A DNA stretch of 64,000 bases from a bacterium (lineage in GTDB: Bacteria > Zhuqueibacterota > Zhuqueibacteria > Zhuqueibacterales > Zhuqueibacteraceae), in the NCBI GenBank assembly GCA_044869275.1, contig JBIOXB010000241.1:1-64000 (forward strand), given 5' to 3'. This document shows positions 36,166-45,599 of the stretch, piece by piece. Numbering within the stretch: the stretch's first letter is position 1; the number at the start of each line of letters is the position of its first letter. A model generated the notes under the pieces. That model searched no databases, was not told the origin of the DNA, and saw only the letters and a list, made by a program, of their open reading frames with translations. A program made the translations under genes and the position numbers.

Positions 36166-36891
36166 ATGACTCATGATGAACTGTTTCGCAGCAAGAAACA
36201 AATGATCAATGATTTTGATTTTGGCGAGAACACGGCGCGCGTGTTCGATGATATGCTCAATCGCTCCGTGCCTTCTTACGGCGAGATCCAGCGCATGATG
36301 GCTGAAATCGCCGGGTACTTCGCCGTGGCGCACACCAATGTCTACGATCTAGGCTGTTCCACCGGCGAAACGTTTCTCTCCCTCGATTCCCAAGTCCCGC
36401 CCGAGGTCACGTTCATCGGGATTGACTCTTCCCATGAAATGCTGGAAAAGGCCAAGAAAAAAATGGACGAGGCCAGGGTTGCTCACGCCTACGACCTGAT
36501 CCAGTCCGATTTGAATCAAGGCGTCAATATTGACAACGCCTCGGTGGTCATCATGAACCTAACCTTGCAGTTTATCCGCCCGCTTTACCGGGAAAAGCTG
36601 GTGAGAAGCATCGCGCACGGTCTCAACGACGGCGGGTGTTTGATGGTGGTGGAAAAAGTATTGAGCCCGGATTCGCTCATTAATCGCTTGTTCATCAAAT
36701 TCTATTATGATTTCAAAAAACGCAACGGCTATGATGAGCTCGAAATCAAGCAAAAACGAGAAGCCCTGGAAAACATTTTGATCCCTTACCATTACGATGA
36801 AAACCGGCTGCTGTTGCTGGCGAATGGCTTCAAGGCCTGCGAGTGTTTCTTTCGCTGGTATAACTTCTGTGGCATTATTGCGGTGAAATAA
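36166..36891 (+). CDS. cmoA: Carboxy-S-adenosyl-L-methionine synthase CmoA
   Basis: FDF..VFDDMLNRSVP.Y, YDLGCSTG, LTLQF, KREALEN, FRWYNF. Confidence 0.88.
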   Translation: MTHDELFRSKKQMINDFDFGENTARVFDDMLNRSVPSYGEIQRMMAEIAGYFAVAHTNVYDLGCSTGETFLSLDSQVPPEVTFIGIDSSHEMLEKAKKKMDEARVAHAYDLIQSDLNQGVNIDNASVVIMNLTLQFIRPLYREKLVRSIAHGLNDGGCLMVVEKVLSPDSLINRLFIKFYYDFKKRNGYDELEIKQKREALENILIPYHYDENRLLLLANGFKACECFFRWYNFCGIIAVK

Positions 36892-36900
36892 AGCACGGTC

Positions 36901-37638
36901 ATGGGCACAACCTTGGAAAACTTTTTCATCACTCTTGGAAAATTCTTCTTTAAATACCGCAATGCTTTTTTCCCAATCGTCTATGTTTGCCTGATTCTGT
37001 TCACCCGCCCCGGCTTGTTTTGGGGGAATGCGCAATGGGACAAATTTGCCTGCGCGCTCGGCGTGTTGCTGGCGCTTTCCGGCCAGGCATTTCGAATTCT
37101 GGTTATTGGGTTCGCGTATATCCGGCGGGGCGGAAAAGACGGCAAAGTATTTGCGGAATCCCTGGTGCAAACCGGGTTTTATGCGCACACGCGAAATCCA
37201 ATGTACGTCGGAAACTACCTCATTCTCCTGGGATTTGTGTTGCTCTATGGATCGCTGTGGGGGTACATCTTGGTTCTGCCTCTTTTCACTTTGATCTATT
37301 ATGCGATTGTGAAAAATGAGGAGAGCTATTTAAAGCAGACATTTGGTCAGGAATATGCCGCATACGAAGCCAGCGTCAGCAGGTTTATCCCCAATTTCCG
37401 GGGGATAAAAAACTCACTGCAAAAGTACCACTATGACTGGAAGAAAGTCTTGAGCAAGGAATATGGCACCATTTCTCTGCTTTTGGCCGCCATATTGATC
37501 GTGTTGATCTGGAAAGAAGCGGTGATCTTTGGCTATGATCAGATGCGAAGCCAAATCGGAGTTTGGGCGCTGTGGTTTATTCCGATCATTCTTTTCTATG
37601 GCATCACGCGCTACTTGAAGAAAACCGATAGATTGTGA
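36901..37638 (+). CDS. ICMT/PEMT-family integral membrane methyltransferase (LmtA-like)
   Basis: GKFFFKYR N-terminus, LVQTGFYAHTRNPMYVGN, EESYL..FGQEY..Y...V.RFIP. Confidence 0.85.
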   Translation: MGTTLENFFITLGKFFFKYRNAFFPIVYVCLILFTRPGLFWGNAQWDKFACALGVLLALSGQAFRILVIGFAYIRRGGKDGKVFAESLVQTGFYAHTRNPMYVGNYLILLGFVLLYGSLWGYILVLPLFTLIYYAIVKNEESYLKQTFGQEYAAYEASVSRFIPNFRGIKNSLQKYHYDWKKVLSKEYGTISLLLAAILIVLIWKEAVIFGYDQMRSQIGVWALWFIPIILFYGITRYLKKTDRL

Positions 37639-37687
37639 AGGGTTTTGAAACTTAGCCATGTCCGGTTTTCCCTATCGTGCCGGCAAC

Positions 37688-37714
37688 AAAAAAAGGCCTC
37701 TGGCGGAGGCCTTT
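37688..37714 (-). terminator. Intrinsic terminator of nrdJ
   Basis: AAAGGCCTC-CGCCA-GAGGCCTTT followed by a T-run on the minus strand. Confidence 0.8.
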
Positions 37715-37740
37715 GTCATTTCTTTCCAAGCGCAAAACTA

Positions 37741-40131
37741 TTACAGCATGACTTCGCAGGATCCCGCCAGGCACGCCAGCTCCTGCGCCGCCGTGGTCAA
37801 ATCTTCCTCTTCATAATAATACAATTTCGAGAAGTCGATTTGCGGGAAGGCAGCGGCGAGGCGCCGGTATTCTTCGGCCGTGATCTCGACATAAGGCATT
37901 TGGTGATATTGCGCGTCGAAGGCAGGCAGAAAAGTCATGCCGCCGATCACCTCGCGATGATCCCACGTCCATTTGATGACGTCCAGCACCTCATCGGGAT
38001 GGTAGGTGATGGTGACGCTGGGATTGTGCTCGGTCCAATGCAGCTTGTTTTGCAGCCAGTACTGGCATTGCTCGAGCGCGGTGCGATCCTTGCGCGTGAC
38101 GGCATGGTCCGGCGCTTTCACGGGAAAATGCACGACCCAGGTGTTGGCATTTTCCGGTGTCTGGCCGTTTTCCGGATCCATGGGCACGCCGGCGTCTTTC
38201 AGCACTTTGAAGATGGGCGTATGCGTGCCCACGCGCACGTTGCGAATGTAGTAATTCGACCAGCGCGCGTGAATGCCCGGCGAGCAATCGAACAATTGCG
38301 AAGAATTGCCTGAAGGCTTCACGCAGGTAATCGAGACTGAAGGATTGATGGCGAGCTTCTCCGCTGCGGCGCGATTGACGGTGAGGGCAAATTCTTTCAA
38401 ACGGCGCTGCACTTCGGGGTCTTGTGCAATGGGAGTGTCCAACTGACCGTTGATATCCACGCCCAACAGGCGCTCCTCCTCGCAATTTTGTTGCCATTGC
38501 GGGCGCAGGCCGGGAAAATGCGTGGCCATGGACTGAATCGTGCCGATGATGGTGGCGAGTTCGACTTTTTCTTGCAAGCTTGCGAAGGTATCTTGCGGCC
38601 GCGCGATAGCGATGGACAAATTGCAGAACTCAAAGGGCCGCAACACGATTTCGCCACAAGGATTGGTGCCGAATTCCCCGGCCTTGCGGCGCGGAGAACG
38701 CGAAGCAATCGCCGCCTCACGATTGAAAATACCCGGCTCGCCACGGCCGCCCTCTGCCATTTCCAGCATCTGCTGCGCGAGCTCGATTTGGGTCAACCCG
38801 CCTTCCGGCCAGACCGCAGAGTTATTGGCGTTCCAGCGCTGGCTGTTTTCACGCTCGAAGTCGCCGCTCTTGGCATTGCGCATTTCTTCGTCATCGTAAT
38901 CGAACAAGGAGATCATCGCGGTGCGGCGCACGCCGCCGGAAACCGCGGCGTTGCCCACGGCGCACATGAGATCGTGTGCATCGATCGGCCGCAAGAAACT
39001 CCCTTGCCGCGCCAAAATGCGCGCCCGCGCAAATTCCAGCATTTTGCGCAGCGGCTCAGGGCCGGAAGCGCGGCCGCCCTTTGTGCGTAGCGGCGCGCCT
39101 GCCGGACGCAGCTGGGAATAATCGAAGTGAATGTCGCCCCCCTCAAACCAGATGTGCAGGGCTTTACGCAAAGCCGCGGCCCAGCCTTCGGAGGAATCAT
39201 CAATCGTGTGCGCTGCCGGCGCAGCTTTGGTTTGGCGGCGCACGCGCGGGAAATCTTCCACATAGCGGCTCTCCACGGAATAGCCGACGCCGCACCCACT
39301 CATGGAGATGATCAATGCTTCGACAAAAGAATCGATGCTGTCCACCGGCATGTAGGAGCAGTTGTAAATCGCTACGTTGTTGCGGCGCGCGGCCGGGCCC
39401 GCCATCGCGAGCAAGCGCATGGACGGCATCGCGCGCATTTCCAGCATGCCCTGGCGAATGCGGGCATAGGTCTTCTCTTCCAGACGCGCGTGCGAAAGCT
39501 CTTTCAGATATTGGACGGCGCGATCGACGGTTTCAATCCAGGTTTCGCGGCGGTTGAGATCGTAGTTGAAGCGCGAGTATTTATCGTAGAATTGGAATTT
39601 CTGGAGCTGCGTGGGAAAATATTGATCGGACTCGGCAAACGCCCGGCGCACTTCCTTGGGAATCGGGCGGACTTGGCGAATCTTGGCATGCTCGGCGCGG
39701 TAAAGAATGTAGCGTTTCGCCGCCTCGTATTCGCCCGCGGCTTGCAAGACGGTTTCCACGATGTCCTGTACTTCTTCCACCGTGGGATGGCTGTACTTTG
39801 CCGCAATGATGTTCGCGACTTGTTGCGCCAATTCCGCGACCGGGATATTCGGCTGTCGTCCGAAGCTGGCGAAACAACGCGTGATCGCGTTTTCGATGCG
39901 CGCCACCTCGAAGGCGACCACGCGGCCGTCGCGCTTGGTAATGCTGACTGGGACGGTGACTTGCGATTGATTGGCCGAGGTTCCGTGGGCATGGTGTTTC
40001 CCATTTTTCCGGGGAGCATAAACAGGCGGTTCGGCAATGGCCTCGCGCTTGCTTTCCGGATTCACGGTTTCCGAGGTTGCGGATGCATTCAATGGATGCT
40101 GGTTCGTGGATGCCATGAGGTCTTCCTCCAT
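37741..40131 (-). CDS. nrdJ: Class II (adenosylcobalamin-dependent) ribonucleotide reductase with N-terminal ATP cone
   Basis: ITKRDGRVV ATP cone; YNC, GVGYSVE, GTNPCGEI, CNL, TCVKPSGN; C-terminal CLAGSC. Start 40131 or 40116. Confidence 0.92.
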   Translation of the reverse strand: MEEDLMASTNQHPLNASATSETVNPESKREAIAEPPVYAPRKNGKHHAHGTSANQSQVTVPVSITKRDGRVVAFEVARIENAITRCFASFGRQPNIPVAELAQQVANIIAAKYSHPTVEEVQDIVETVLQAAGEYEAAKRYILYRAEHAKIRQVRPIPKEVRRAFAESDQYFPTQLQKFQFYDKYSRFNYDLNRRETWIETVDRAVQYLKELSHARLEEKTYARIRQGMLEMRAMPSMRLLAMAGPAARRNNVAIYNCSYMPVDSIDSFVEALIISMSGCGVGYSVESRYVEDFPRVRRQTKAAPAAHTIDDSSEGWAAALRKALHIWFEGGDIHFDYSQLRPAGAPLRTKGGRASGPEPLRKMLEFARARILARQGSFLRPIDAHDLMCAVGNAAVSGGVRRTAMISLFDYDDEEMRNAKSGDFERENSQRWNANNSAVWPEGGLTQIELAQQMLEMAEGGRGEPGIFNREAAIASRSPRRKAGEFGTNPCGEIVLRPFEFCNLSIAIARPQDTFASLQEKVELATIIGTIQSMATHFPGLRPQWQQNCEEERLLGVDINGQLDTPIAQDPEVQRRLKEFALTVNRAAAEKLAINPSVSITCVKPSGNSSQLFDCSPGIHARWSNYYIRNVRVGTHTPIFKVLKDAGVPMDPENGQTPENANTWVVHFPVKAPDHAVTRKDRTALEQCQYWLQNKLHWTEHNPSVTITYHPDEVLDVIKWTWDHREVIGGMTFLPAFDAQYHQMPYVEITAEEYRRLAAAFPQIDFSKLYYYEEEDLTTAAQELACLAGSCEVML

Positions 40132-40239
40132 GCTCAGGCGCCGTCCGGTTTCGGTGGCCGAATCCCTTCTTCATCTGTTCGCGCGACAGCGAGCGATGGT
40201 ACCGAAATCTTACTGCGCGGTTCAAAAAAAAGCGACAAT

Positions 40240-40268
40240 AATATAAGTTTTCTGTATGTTTCAGTCAA
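40240..40268 (-). promoter_or_regulatory. Sigma70-type promoter for nrdJ
   Basis: TTGACT-N17-TATATT. Confidence 0.6.
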
Positions 40269-40274
40269 GAAAAA

Positions 40275-40352
40275 TTTCAATATATTGTATGTTTTTTTTG
40301 TTCTCCCACAACTGGTTGTGTTTCAGAACACCAGAGACACCTATAGATTATA
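40275..40352. promoter_or_regulatory. Tandem NrdR boxes
   Basis: Cores CAATATATTG (40278), CAACTGGTTG (40309) and weaker CTATAGATTA (40341), with 31-32 bp spacing, upstream of the RNR gene. Confidence 0.7.
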
Positions 40353-40373
40353 ATTTTTGTTCACCAGAGAGAA

Positions 40374-41018
40374 CTAAAAACTCAAAGCGGTACCAGCGAA
40401 CAATTGGGATAGAAATCTTACAGGCGGGCCAATGAGAAACCTGAACACCGAAACATTGGTGAATTGCCCGATTAAAATGAGCGCGAGCAAGAGCAGCGGT
40501 CCCACGGTTTCAAAGCGCAGGTAGGATACCAGCAAACGAGGCGGCAACAAGCTGCGCAGAATTTTGCTGCCGTCAAGCGGTGGAATGGGAATGAGGTTGA
40601 AAAAGGCAAGCACAAGGTTGATGAATAAACCATAGCGCAACATCACCATCACGGTGACGCCGCCTTCCGCGAGAGGAAGGATTTCGGTATGCGATAAACG
40701 CAAAATCATGCCGGCGAGAAATGCCAGGAGCAAATTGGAAACCGGGCCTGCGGCGGCGACCAACAGCATGTCGCGATTCGGATGGCGAAAGTACTGGGGG
40801 TTGACCGGCACCGGCTTCGCCCATCCGAAGTTGGCCACGAATAGCATGATCGTTCCGAGCGGATCGAGATGTTTGAGCGGATTGAGCGTCAACCGTCCCA
40901 GCATTTTGGCGGTGGGGTCGCCGAGGCGGTACGCCACATACGCATGCGCGAATTCGTGCACAGTCAGGGCGATGAGGATCGGTGGAGCCGAGAGCAGAAC
41001 ATAGTCCAGAGAGAGCAA
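40374..41018 (-). CDS. Site-2 protease family (M50) intramembrane metalloprotease
   Basis: HEFAH, GRLTLNPLKHLD, AGPVSN, FNLIPIPPLDG. Confidence 0.93.
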   Translation of the reverse strand: MLSLDYVLLSAPPILIALTVHEFAHAYVAYRLGDPTAKMLGRLTLNPLKHLDPLGTIMLFVANFGWAKPVPVNPQYFRHPNRDMLLVAAAGPVSNLLLAFLAGMILRLSHTEILPLAEGGVTVMVMLRYGLFINLVLAFFNLIPIPPLDGSKILRSLLPPRLLVSYLRFETVGPLLLLALILIGQFTNVSVFRFLIGPPVRFLSQLFAGTALSF

Positions 41019-41081
41019 ATTTGCTCCAGTCGCTCAGCAGCGAGGCAGTGCGGTTCCAGGGTTGAGGGCTTCCGCTTTAGA

Positions 41082-41585
41082 TTAGCTTTTAATGCGCATC
41101 AGCGGCGCGCCTTTTTCCACCGGCGCGCGCGCTTCGACGAGGATGTCGGCCACCGTGCCGGCGGCCGGAGATCTGATCTCATTTTCCATTTTCATGGCTT
41201 CGATGACGATCAAGCCCTGTCCCTTCTCCACACGTTCGCCCTTTTGAACTTCAAGCCGGACCACCAGGCCCGGCATCGGCGCCTTCACCAGTGCCGTACT
41301 GGATTCGGCTTCCGTCTGGGATTGCAGCTTTTTGAAAACCGCTTGCCGCTCATCCTCAACCGTGCCGTTAAAGGTCTGATGGCCGATGCAGATTTGCTGC
41401 CGGCCCTCCACCTCCGCAATTTGAACGGAATAGACCTCGCCGTTCACCAGCAACGAGTACAAATCGCCGCTGACCTGGTGCACATCAAAATGTAGCCTCT
41501 GGCCGTTAATTTCGGCCATTTGCTTACGAAGATCGAAGTTTTGGACGAGAATGGTTTCGCCGTCGAGTTGAACGTGATAGTTCAT
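41082..41585 (-). CDS. Biotin carboxyl carrier protein (acyl-CoA carboxylase subunit)
   Basis: APMPG, IEAMKMENEI biotinylation motif. Confidence 0.93.
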   Translation of the reverse strand: MNYHVQLDGETILVQNFDLRKQMAEINGQRLHFDVHQVSGDLYSLLVNGEVYSVQIAEVEGRQQICIGHQTFNGTVEDERQAVFKKLQSQTEAESSTALVKAPMPGLVVRLEVQKGERVEKGQGLIVIEAMKMENEIRSPAAGTVADILVEARAPVEKGAPLMRIKS

Positions 41586-41600
41586 GCTTGCCGGCGCCGC

Positions 41601-42068
41601 TCAATTCCACTCTTCACGATCGTCCCAATCCAGGCTGTCGTCCTCTTCGTCAAGACTCTCTTCATCCTCCCATTCTTCGTCTTCCCATTCTTCCTCGTCA
41701 TCCAGATCTTCTTCTTCCTCCCAATCTTCTTCCTCCTCTTCTTCTTCATCATCATCTTCTTCCCAATCGGCGTCGTCCCACTCCTCCAAATCATCCGCGT
41801 CTTCTTCTTCCTCCTCGTCCAATTCTTCCTCGGGCTCCTCCGCCTCAGCGTCATCCTTTTCTTCTTCCTCTTCTTCCCACTCTTCTTCAGGCTCTTCTTC
41901 GTCGGGTCCGGCTTTGCGCCTGGGCATGCCGTAGAGCGGCAAGGGCGACTCCTCGGCATGGTCCAAACGGAATTGAGAAAAGCCCGCCGCCAGACTCATC
42001 AGCGATGCGAAATCGCCGGTGAAGCGTTCATCTGGGCGCAGCTCCTCGGTTTGAAACTTGGTCAACAT
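41601..42068 (-). CDS. Highly acidic low-complexity protein (poly-D/E with interspersed Trp)
   Basis: RBS AAGGAG then ATG 42068; about 95-residue D/E tract. Confidence 0.7.
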   Translation of the reverse strand: MLTKFQTEELRPDERFTGDFASLMSLAAGFSQFRLDHAEESPLPLYGMPRRKAGPDEEEPEEEWEEEEEEKDDAEAEEPEEELDEEEEEDADDLEEWDDADWEEDDDEEEEEEEDWEEEEDLDDEEEWEDEEWEDEESLDEEDDSLDWDDREEWN

Positions 42069-42190
42069 TTTCTTCTCCTTGGGAGTTTTGGTCATCCAAT
42101 TCGATTCGCCTGGCTCATGCAACAACCCTCGTTGTTTGCCGGGAGGCGATTTTCAACTTTTATAACAACCTGGCAAGGTTGATTGGCAAA

Positions 42191-43324
42191 TTAATCGACA
42201 CTGCTATGTTGAAATCGGCGGTAAATCGCTTCAGTCTCATCGAGCATACGCTCCAGCGAGAATTTCTCCCGCGCCGCCTGTTGTGCCGCGGCAGCGAGGC
42301 GTTCGCGCAGGTTTTGATTTTCGGCGAGCAGCCGGCACGCGGAGGTCAGGGCATTCAGGTCGCGCGGTGGCACCAAAATTCCAGTGCGATCATGCTCGAG
42401 AATGTCCAAGATGCCGTCGGAATTCGAAGCCACGATCGGCTTGCGTGCGGCCATGGCTTCGATCACCACCATGCCGAAGGCTTCCGCGTGCGACGGAAAC
42501 ACGAACACGTCCATGGCGGCAAGCACACGAGGAATATCTTTGCGAAATCCGGCGTACTTCACCAGGCGCTCGAGCCGCAACTCTTGCAGGCGATGCAAAA
42601 TCAATTCCGCATCTTGGGGCTCGCCGCGTGTGGCTTCACCTACGATCAAGAATCTCGCCGATGGAATTTGCGCGGACAAATCTCGTGCCATCTCCAGAAA
42701 CTCCAAGTATCCCTTGCCGATTTGCAAGCGACCGATCATGCCGAATACGATATCGCCGCTGGAAAATCCCCACTCGGATCGCAAAGAACGATCGGAAGTG
42801 TTTTCCTTGGAAAATTCCTGCAAATCGATGCCGTGGTGAACCACCCCGACCTGGCTGGGCAATATAGGATGTGTCGCGATCAGATTCCGGCGTATAACTT
42901 CGGAGATAGCAATTAAAAAATTGACCCGTTTGTAAATGACCTGGTGCAGCTTGTCGCGCTTGGCTCGGCCTGTGCCAATGTGCTTGGTCAAAATCAAGGG
43001 GATTTCTTTCTTTCCGCTGCCCAGCGCTAATGCCGGCACGATCGTCCACAGATCGCGCGAAAAATGCGCATGGATGAGATCCACCCGCTGCTGTTGCAAA
43101 AACCGCTGCAGCCTTCGAACGGCAACCGGATGAAGATAGCCGGACAATTTCAATGGATACAATTCAAGTTCGGATTCGCGTAAATCCTTTTCCAATGGGG
43201 AATCTGGTGAACAAACGACTAGTATGTTGTGCCCACGCTTCTGCAATTTCCGGCTTAAGAATCCAACATGCATCTCCATGCCGCCCCATGATCGGGAGGT
43301 ACAGATTTGCACTACTGTCGCCAT
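42191..43324 (-). CDS. Glycosyltransferase family 4
   Basis: WGGME, IAISE, HHGID, FVFPSHAEAFGMVVIEAMA. Confidence 0.93.
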   Translation of the reverse strand: MATVVQICTSRSWGGMEMHVGFLSRKLQKRGHNILVVCSPDSPLEKDLRESELELYPLKLSGYLHPVAVRRLQRFLQQQRVDLIHAHFSRDLWTIVPALALGSGKKEIPLILTKHIGTGRAKRDKLHQVIYKRVNFLIAISEVIRRNLIATHPILPSQVGVVHHGIDLQEFSKENTSDRSLRSEWGFSSGDIVFGMIGRLQIGKGYLEFLEMARDLSAQIPSARFLIVGEATRGEPQDAELILHRLQELRLERLVKYAGFRKDIPRVLAAMDVFVFPSHAEAFGMVVIEAMAARKPIVASNSDGILDILEHDRTGILVPPRDLNALTSACRLLAENQNLRERLAAAAQQAAREKFSLERMLDETEAIYRRFQHSSVD

Positions 43325-43438
43325 CCTCGCCTACGCTAAATGCTTGATAACCTATGCTTAAAAAATTTCAGGCGGCAAAATAAACCTTCAATTCTCAAAA
43401 AGCAAGTTTTTTTTGGAAAAGCTGCGTGACAGGAACGA

Positions 43439-44023
43439 TCAACAATATAGCCGATTCGCCTCGAGATAATATCGCACGCTTTCCGGCACGAGATAGCGCA
43501 CCGTGTTGTTGCTTTGCAGGCGGCGGCGTATTTCCGTTGAAGAAATTTCCACGATGGGCGCATCGAGAATGCGGCAGGCCCGCAAAAACTCCGGACGAAC
43601 GGATTGGGGGTCGGCCTCCAGGCGGGGGTAAACGAGCAGCTGGGCAAGTTGGATGATGGTTTCCGGCTCGCGCCATTGTGCAAACGCGGCCAGGCTATCC
43701 ATGCCGATAATCAGGTGCAATTCTGGAGCGACATATTCAGACGCTGTTTGCAATTGGCGCAAGGTATCGACGGTGTAAGATGCCCCCGCGCGTTGCACTT
43801 CAAGGGTGGAAACGGAAAAACACGGATTACCAGCCAGGGCCAGGCGCAACATGGTCAGGCGATGCGAAACCGGCGCCAGCGCCTCGGTGTTCTTGTGAGG
43901 CGGGCGTGGCGACAGAACGAAGAGCACGCGATCGAGCCTGGCTTCCGAGCGCGCGGCTTCGGCCACGATGAGGTGGCCCAGATGAACCGGATCAAAAGTT
44001 CCGCCAAATACTCCGAGTCGCAT
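43439..44023 (-). CDS. nadD: Nicotinate-nucleotide adenylyltransferase
   Basis: GGTFDPVHLGH, PPHK, SYTVDT, IGMD, ISSTEIR. Confidence 0.97.
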   Translation of the reverse strand: MRLGVFGGTFDPVHLGHLIVAEAARSEARLDRVLFVLSPRPPHKNTEALAPVSHRLTMLRLALAGNPCFSVSTLEVQRAGASYTVDTLRQLQTASEYVAPELHLIIGMDSLAAFAQWREPETIIQLAQLLVYPRLEADPQSVRPEFLRACRILDAPIVEISSTEIRRRLQSNNTVRYLVPESVRYYLEANRLYC

Positions 44024-44041
44024 TGCCGCGGCTCCCGACCT

Positions 44042-44905
44042 CTATTTTTGCGCGTTGCCGTTCACACCCAGCTCCTCGTCGATGCTCTTCAACAAGGCCT
44101 CGGCGCGCCCTTGATACTTTCCCCGGGATTTGCCGCCGGACTCTTCCTGCTGCTTCAGCGCCTCTTTGCGGTAGCGATCCATGAGCTGATACAGCGCTTC
44201 TTTGGCACCACTGTAGCGCAACAGTTTACACAGGATTTCGGCTTTAAAGTAGAGCGCAGGCTCGGCAAAGACGGTGTCATAATAACGGTTCAGCACTTCA
44301 TCGTAATACACCAGCGCTGCATCAAAGTATGACAGGCGGCGATACAGGTCGGCGCTGCTGTATTCTTTTTTGGCCAGCTTGTGGCGCAGCTCTTGCAGCT
44401 TTTGTGAAGCCTCATCCTTCAATTCGCTCTCGGGATAGTCTTCCAGAAATTTTTGGAATTCTTCCACCGCCTGGGAGGTGTATTTTTGATCCAGATCGGC
44501 TTTGGGCGAGAGCTCATAATAGCACAACGCGATTTTGTATTGCGCATCGTCGAGATATTCGCTGCGTGCATAGAGGCGCAGTACCTTCTCATATTCCGCG
44601 GCGGCGACGATGAATTCCCCGATATGGAAATGACATTCGGCCAGGTGAAATTGCGCTTGATCGACGATGGCGCTGCCCGGCGCATTCAAGGTGATGATAC
44701 GGAATTGCGTACGCGCGTCGAGATAATCATGCTTTTCGAACAGCTGCATGGCATAGGCCAGCCGCTCTTCCGTGGTGATGTTGGCGCGCAGCTTGTTTCC
44801 ACCGCAGGCGGTGAACCACGCACTGGCAACCGTGAAGACAAACATCAAACATATGTGTTTATGACCGCGAACCCAACTGCTCATGACATGTTGAAAAGAC
44901 GACAT
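44042..44905 (-). CDS. bamD: Outer membrane protein assembly factor BamD
   Basis: Lipobox FTAC, TPRs, LSPKADLDQKYT, LAKKEY..A.LY. Start may lie further downstream. Confidence 0.9.
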   Translation of the reverse strand: MSSFQHVMSSWVRGHKHICLMFVFTVASAWFTACGGNKLRANITTEERLAYAMQLFEKHDYLDARTQFRIITLNAPGSAIVDQAQFHLAECHFHIGEFIVAAAEYEKVLRLYARSEYLDDAQYKIALCYYELSPKADLDQKYTSQAVEEFQKFLEDYPESELKDEASQKLQELRHKLAKKEYSSADLYRRLSYFDAALVYYDEVLNRYYDTVFAEPALYFKAEILCKLLRYSGAKEALYQLMDRYRKEALKQQEESGGKSRGKYQGRAEALLKSIDEELGVNGNAQK

Positions 44906-44915
44906 CGGTATAATC

Positions 44916-45596
44916 CTACTTGCTTCGAAGTGAATAGAGAGCGTAGATCACCGCCCCGGTAGCTGCGGTTAACAACAACGGCTCCCAAAGTTTTCGCCCC
45001 GTGCTTTGCTCCTCCCATATTCCCACGGTGAAAGCTAGTCCGGGTGTCTCCAGGCGCGGCACCTGCGCCGCCTCAAGCGTGTCCGCCAGCGTTTCTGCAA
45101 TCAAACCTTGAAAATAGACCGCGCCTGAGCGCGCCTGTTGCATGTCGAAATCCGCCGCCGCTCGAGCGGTGCGCCGGACTTTGCCCGTCCGGAACCAGCC
45201 TGCCGGCAATTGGCGATACGTCAACTCGAACTGGACGAGTTTGAAATCAATGCGTGCCGCGAGCGCCGTGCTATCCGCATTGGTAAATATCGTGCGTGGT
45301 TTTCCGCTCTGCAAAACTTCGATGAGTTTTTGATACAACAGCCGCTCGCTGGTTTCTTGCTCAAGAGAACGGTGCACGACCAAGACGGGCATATCGCTTA
45401 CCCCGTCCAACTGCGCCACTGCGCGCCGGGTGATCTGTTGGAATATCCGCGCTGCAAATTGATAATTGGATTCTGCGCCTTGTGCCAATGCCTGCGAAAT
45501 GCTCAAGCTCATGCTCAGAATCAATAAGAAGGCATAAGCGGAGCGGTGTTTTTCAATATTTTGGCCCAAGGAACTCAACAAAACCGTCCGATACAA
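44916..45596 (-). CDS. Hypothetical exported/membrane protein
   Basis: Signal-like N-terminus, C-terminal WEPLLLTAATGAVIYALYSLRS; tightly packed in the operon. Confidence 0.7.
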   Translation of the reverse strand: MYRTVLLSSLGQNIEKHRSAYAFLLILSMSLSISQALAQGAESNYQFAARIFQQITRRAVAQLDGVSDMPVLVVHRSLEQETSERLLYQKLIEVLQSGKPRTIFTNADSTALAARIDFKLVQFELTYRQLPAGWFRTGKVRRTARAAADFDMQQARSGAVYFQGLIAETLADTLEAAQVPRLETPGLAFTVGIWEEQSTGRKLWEPLLLTAATGAVIYALYSLRSK

Positions 45597-45599
45597 CGC

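Noticed and set aside
41582..41959. 125-aa K/R-rich ORF overlapping the acidic protein, with its stop overlapping the BCCP start
   Set aside because: It is the expected frame-shifted reading of GAA/GAG/GAC codons and has no clear RBS. The acidic frame has the RBS.
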